Origin: Magnetococcales bacterium
GTDB lineage: Bacteria > Pseudomonadota > Magnetococcia > Magnetococcales > UBA8363
Assembly (NCBI GenBank): GCA_002753515.1
Contig: PEAK01000010.1
Coordinates: 17,469 to 81,468 of the forward strand
Reading direction: 5' to 3'
Length of the DNA stretch: 64,000 nucleotides
The notes under the pieces were generated by a model that was given only the letters and a program-made list of their open reading frames with translations, did not search any database and was not told the origin of the DNA. Of the stretch, positions 63,245-64,000 are shown one piece after another. Each line of letters starts with the position of its first letter. The stretch's first letter is position 1. The position numbers and the translations under genes were made by a program.

Positions 63245-64000
63245 CGTGATGTTTGCCTGGATTTTGGGTTTTTTGAGGAGGTTTCCGGGGGGATGCGCCG
63301 TTGCACGTGACCGGTCAGCCATTTGACCATATCCATCCAAATGGCGGCGATCTCATTTTTTTCGGGTAGAATACCACTGTGTTCCAGTTCGATGGTGATG
63401 ATGGGAATTTTCATGTTGTCCCCGCAATAGCGCCCGAGGGAACCGGGATAGGTTCCCAACAGCGAAAGGTACAGCGGACCCAGGCGTTCCGGGGGGGTGT
63501 TGGGTGGGCCGTCGAAATCCAACAGGCCGTAAGGGGCGTGGATGGAAATGACGGCATCGGGCTTGAAACGGGCGATCTCTTCGGCGATCCAACGGGATTC
63601 GGGCTCGCTGAGCGGGGCGGGACCGGGAAAGCGTCGGGGATCGCGATGGGTTTCGTTGATCCAATAGCGTTGACTGGCTTCCAACCATTCCTCATGGGTG
63701 GGGGAGGTGGGGAAATTGCGGTTGAGATCGACGTTGTGGGCATTGGTGCGTTGGGAATCCTTGCGCAACAATCCATCGGGGTTGGCCAGGGGGACGACGC
63801 GCCAGTGGAACAGACCGGAATGGTATTTATTCAGTATTTCCATCCATTTGAAAACGATGCTGATGGAGGAGTATTCATCACCGTGAATGCCGCCCAACAA
63901 CAGGATGCGCGCACGGGATTCGCGTCCGCTCAAGGGGGGGTATTCTTTGAGGAGGATGGGGATCCCCTGGGTCGAGACGCCCCCGGAGGCCACGAGATGG
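63241..64000 (-). CDS. M14-family zinc carboxypeptidase-like protein; 5' end lies beyond the window
   Basis: It has a zinc motif (GGIHGDEYSS) and the segments NRNFP and ISIHAPYG. The frame is open to position 64000. Its stop overlaps the dapC start (ATGA). Confidence 0.7.
   Translation of the reverse strand, partial: HLVASGGVSTQGIPILLKEYPPLSGRESRARILLLGGIHGDEYSSISIVFKWMEILNKYHSGLFHWRVVPLANPDGLLRKDSQRTNAHNVDLNRNFPTSPTHEEWLEASQRYWINETHRDPRRFPGPAPLSEPESRWIAEEIARFKPDAVISIHAPYGLLDFDGPPNTPPERLGPLYLSLLGTYPGSLGRYCGDNMKIPIITIELEHSGILPEKNEIAAIWMDMVKWLTGHVQRRIPPETSSKNPKSRQTSR

Noticed and set aside
1-64000. CRISPR arrays, tRNA/rRNA genes, prophage or integrase genes, toxin-antitoxin pairs, reverse transcriptases
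   Set aside because: The only regularly repeated sequences are the MITE-like palindromes, which are irregularly spaced and have no unique spacers, and the 1090-bp tandem gene pair. I saw no cloverleaf-type T-loop motifs, no rRNA-like stretches, and no integrase, transposase or RT signatures in any listed frame. This was a visual scan, not a tRNAscan or Infernal run.

Overview
This is a chromosomal window with Gram-negative, proteobacterial-type gene content, and motility genes dominate it. GC content looks moderate by eye; I did not compute it. The gene set and repeat style suggest a magnetotactic coccus or a zetaproteobacterium, but that is an unverifiable guess.

Layout:
- 1-6396 (-): fliN-fliM-fliL, flgE-flgD and fliK.
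- 6614-8831: a nitronate-monooxygenase-like gene and an orphan hypothetical gene.
- 8946-21559 (+): a chemosensory operon. It encodes CheA-REC, CheW, a soluble MCP, a STAS protein, a REC-PP2C-HATPase protein, CheB, CheR, CheY, CheX and a second CheY. After a 532-bp non-coding gap comes a CheC-like/CBS fusion.
- 21686-35586: a housekeeping block with der, bamB, yfgM-like, hisS, ispG, rodZ, pilW-like, nadE, hisC, pckG and ndk.
- 36024-38885 (+): four translationally coupled genes (SPOR, ankyrin, Sel1, CysZ).
- 38915-43698 (-): a Maf flagellin-glycosylation gene followed by a carbamoyltransferase/DUF5989 cassette.
- 44177-56239 (-): cspA and a late flagellar cluster. The cluster holds a FliT-position gene, two fliS, fliD, flaG, a 283-aa flagellin, fliW, a 775-aa flagellin, a second fliW, flgL and flgK.
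- 56824-64000: suhB, two tandem Rpn-like PD-(D/E)XK/DUF4351 genes, dapE-dapD-dapC and a partial M14 peptidase.

I found no rRNA, tRNA, CRISPR array, prophage or classical defence island.

The items most worth a second look:
1. Two fliW-flagellin modules with no csrA in the window. Both FliW have basic C-terminal tails. Strong sigma54 promoters sit upstream, and one leader carries an (AATC)5 repeat.
2. An HsbR/HsbA-type partner-switching pair embedded in the che operon.
3. Two families of nested palindromic MITE-like repeats. One family brackets the carbamoyltransferase cassette.
4. A tandem Rpn-like nuclease gene pair with a 916-bp identical core and diverged ends.

None of these can be called new without database searches. 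The decisive checks are listed with each finding.
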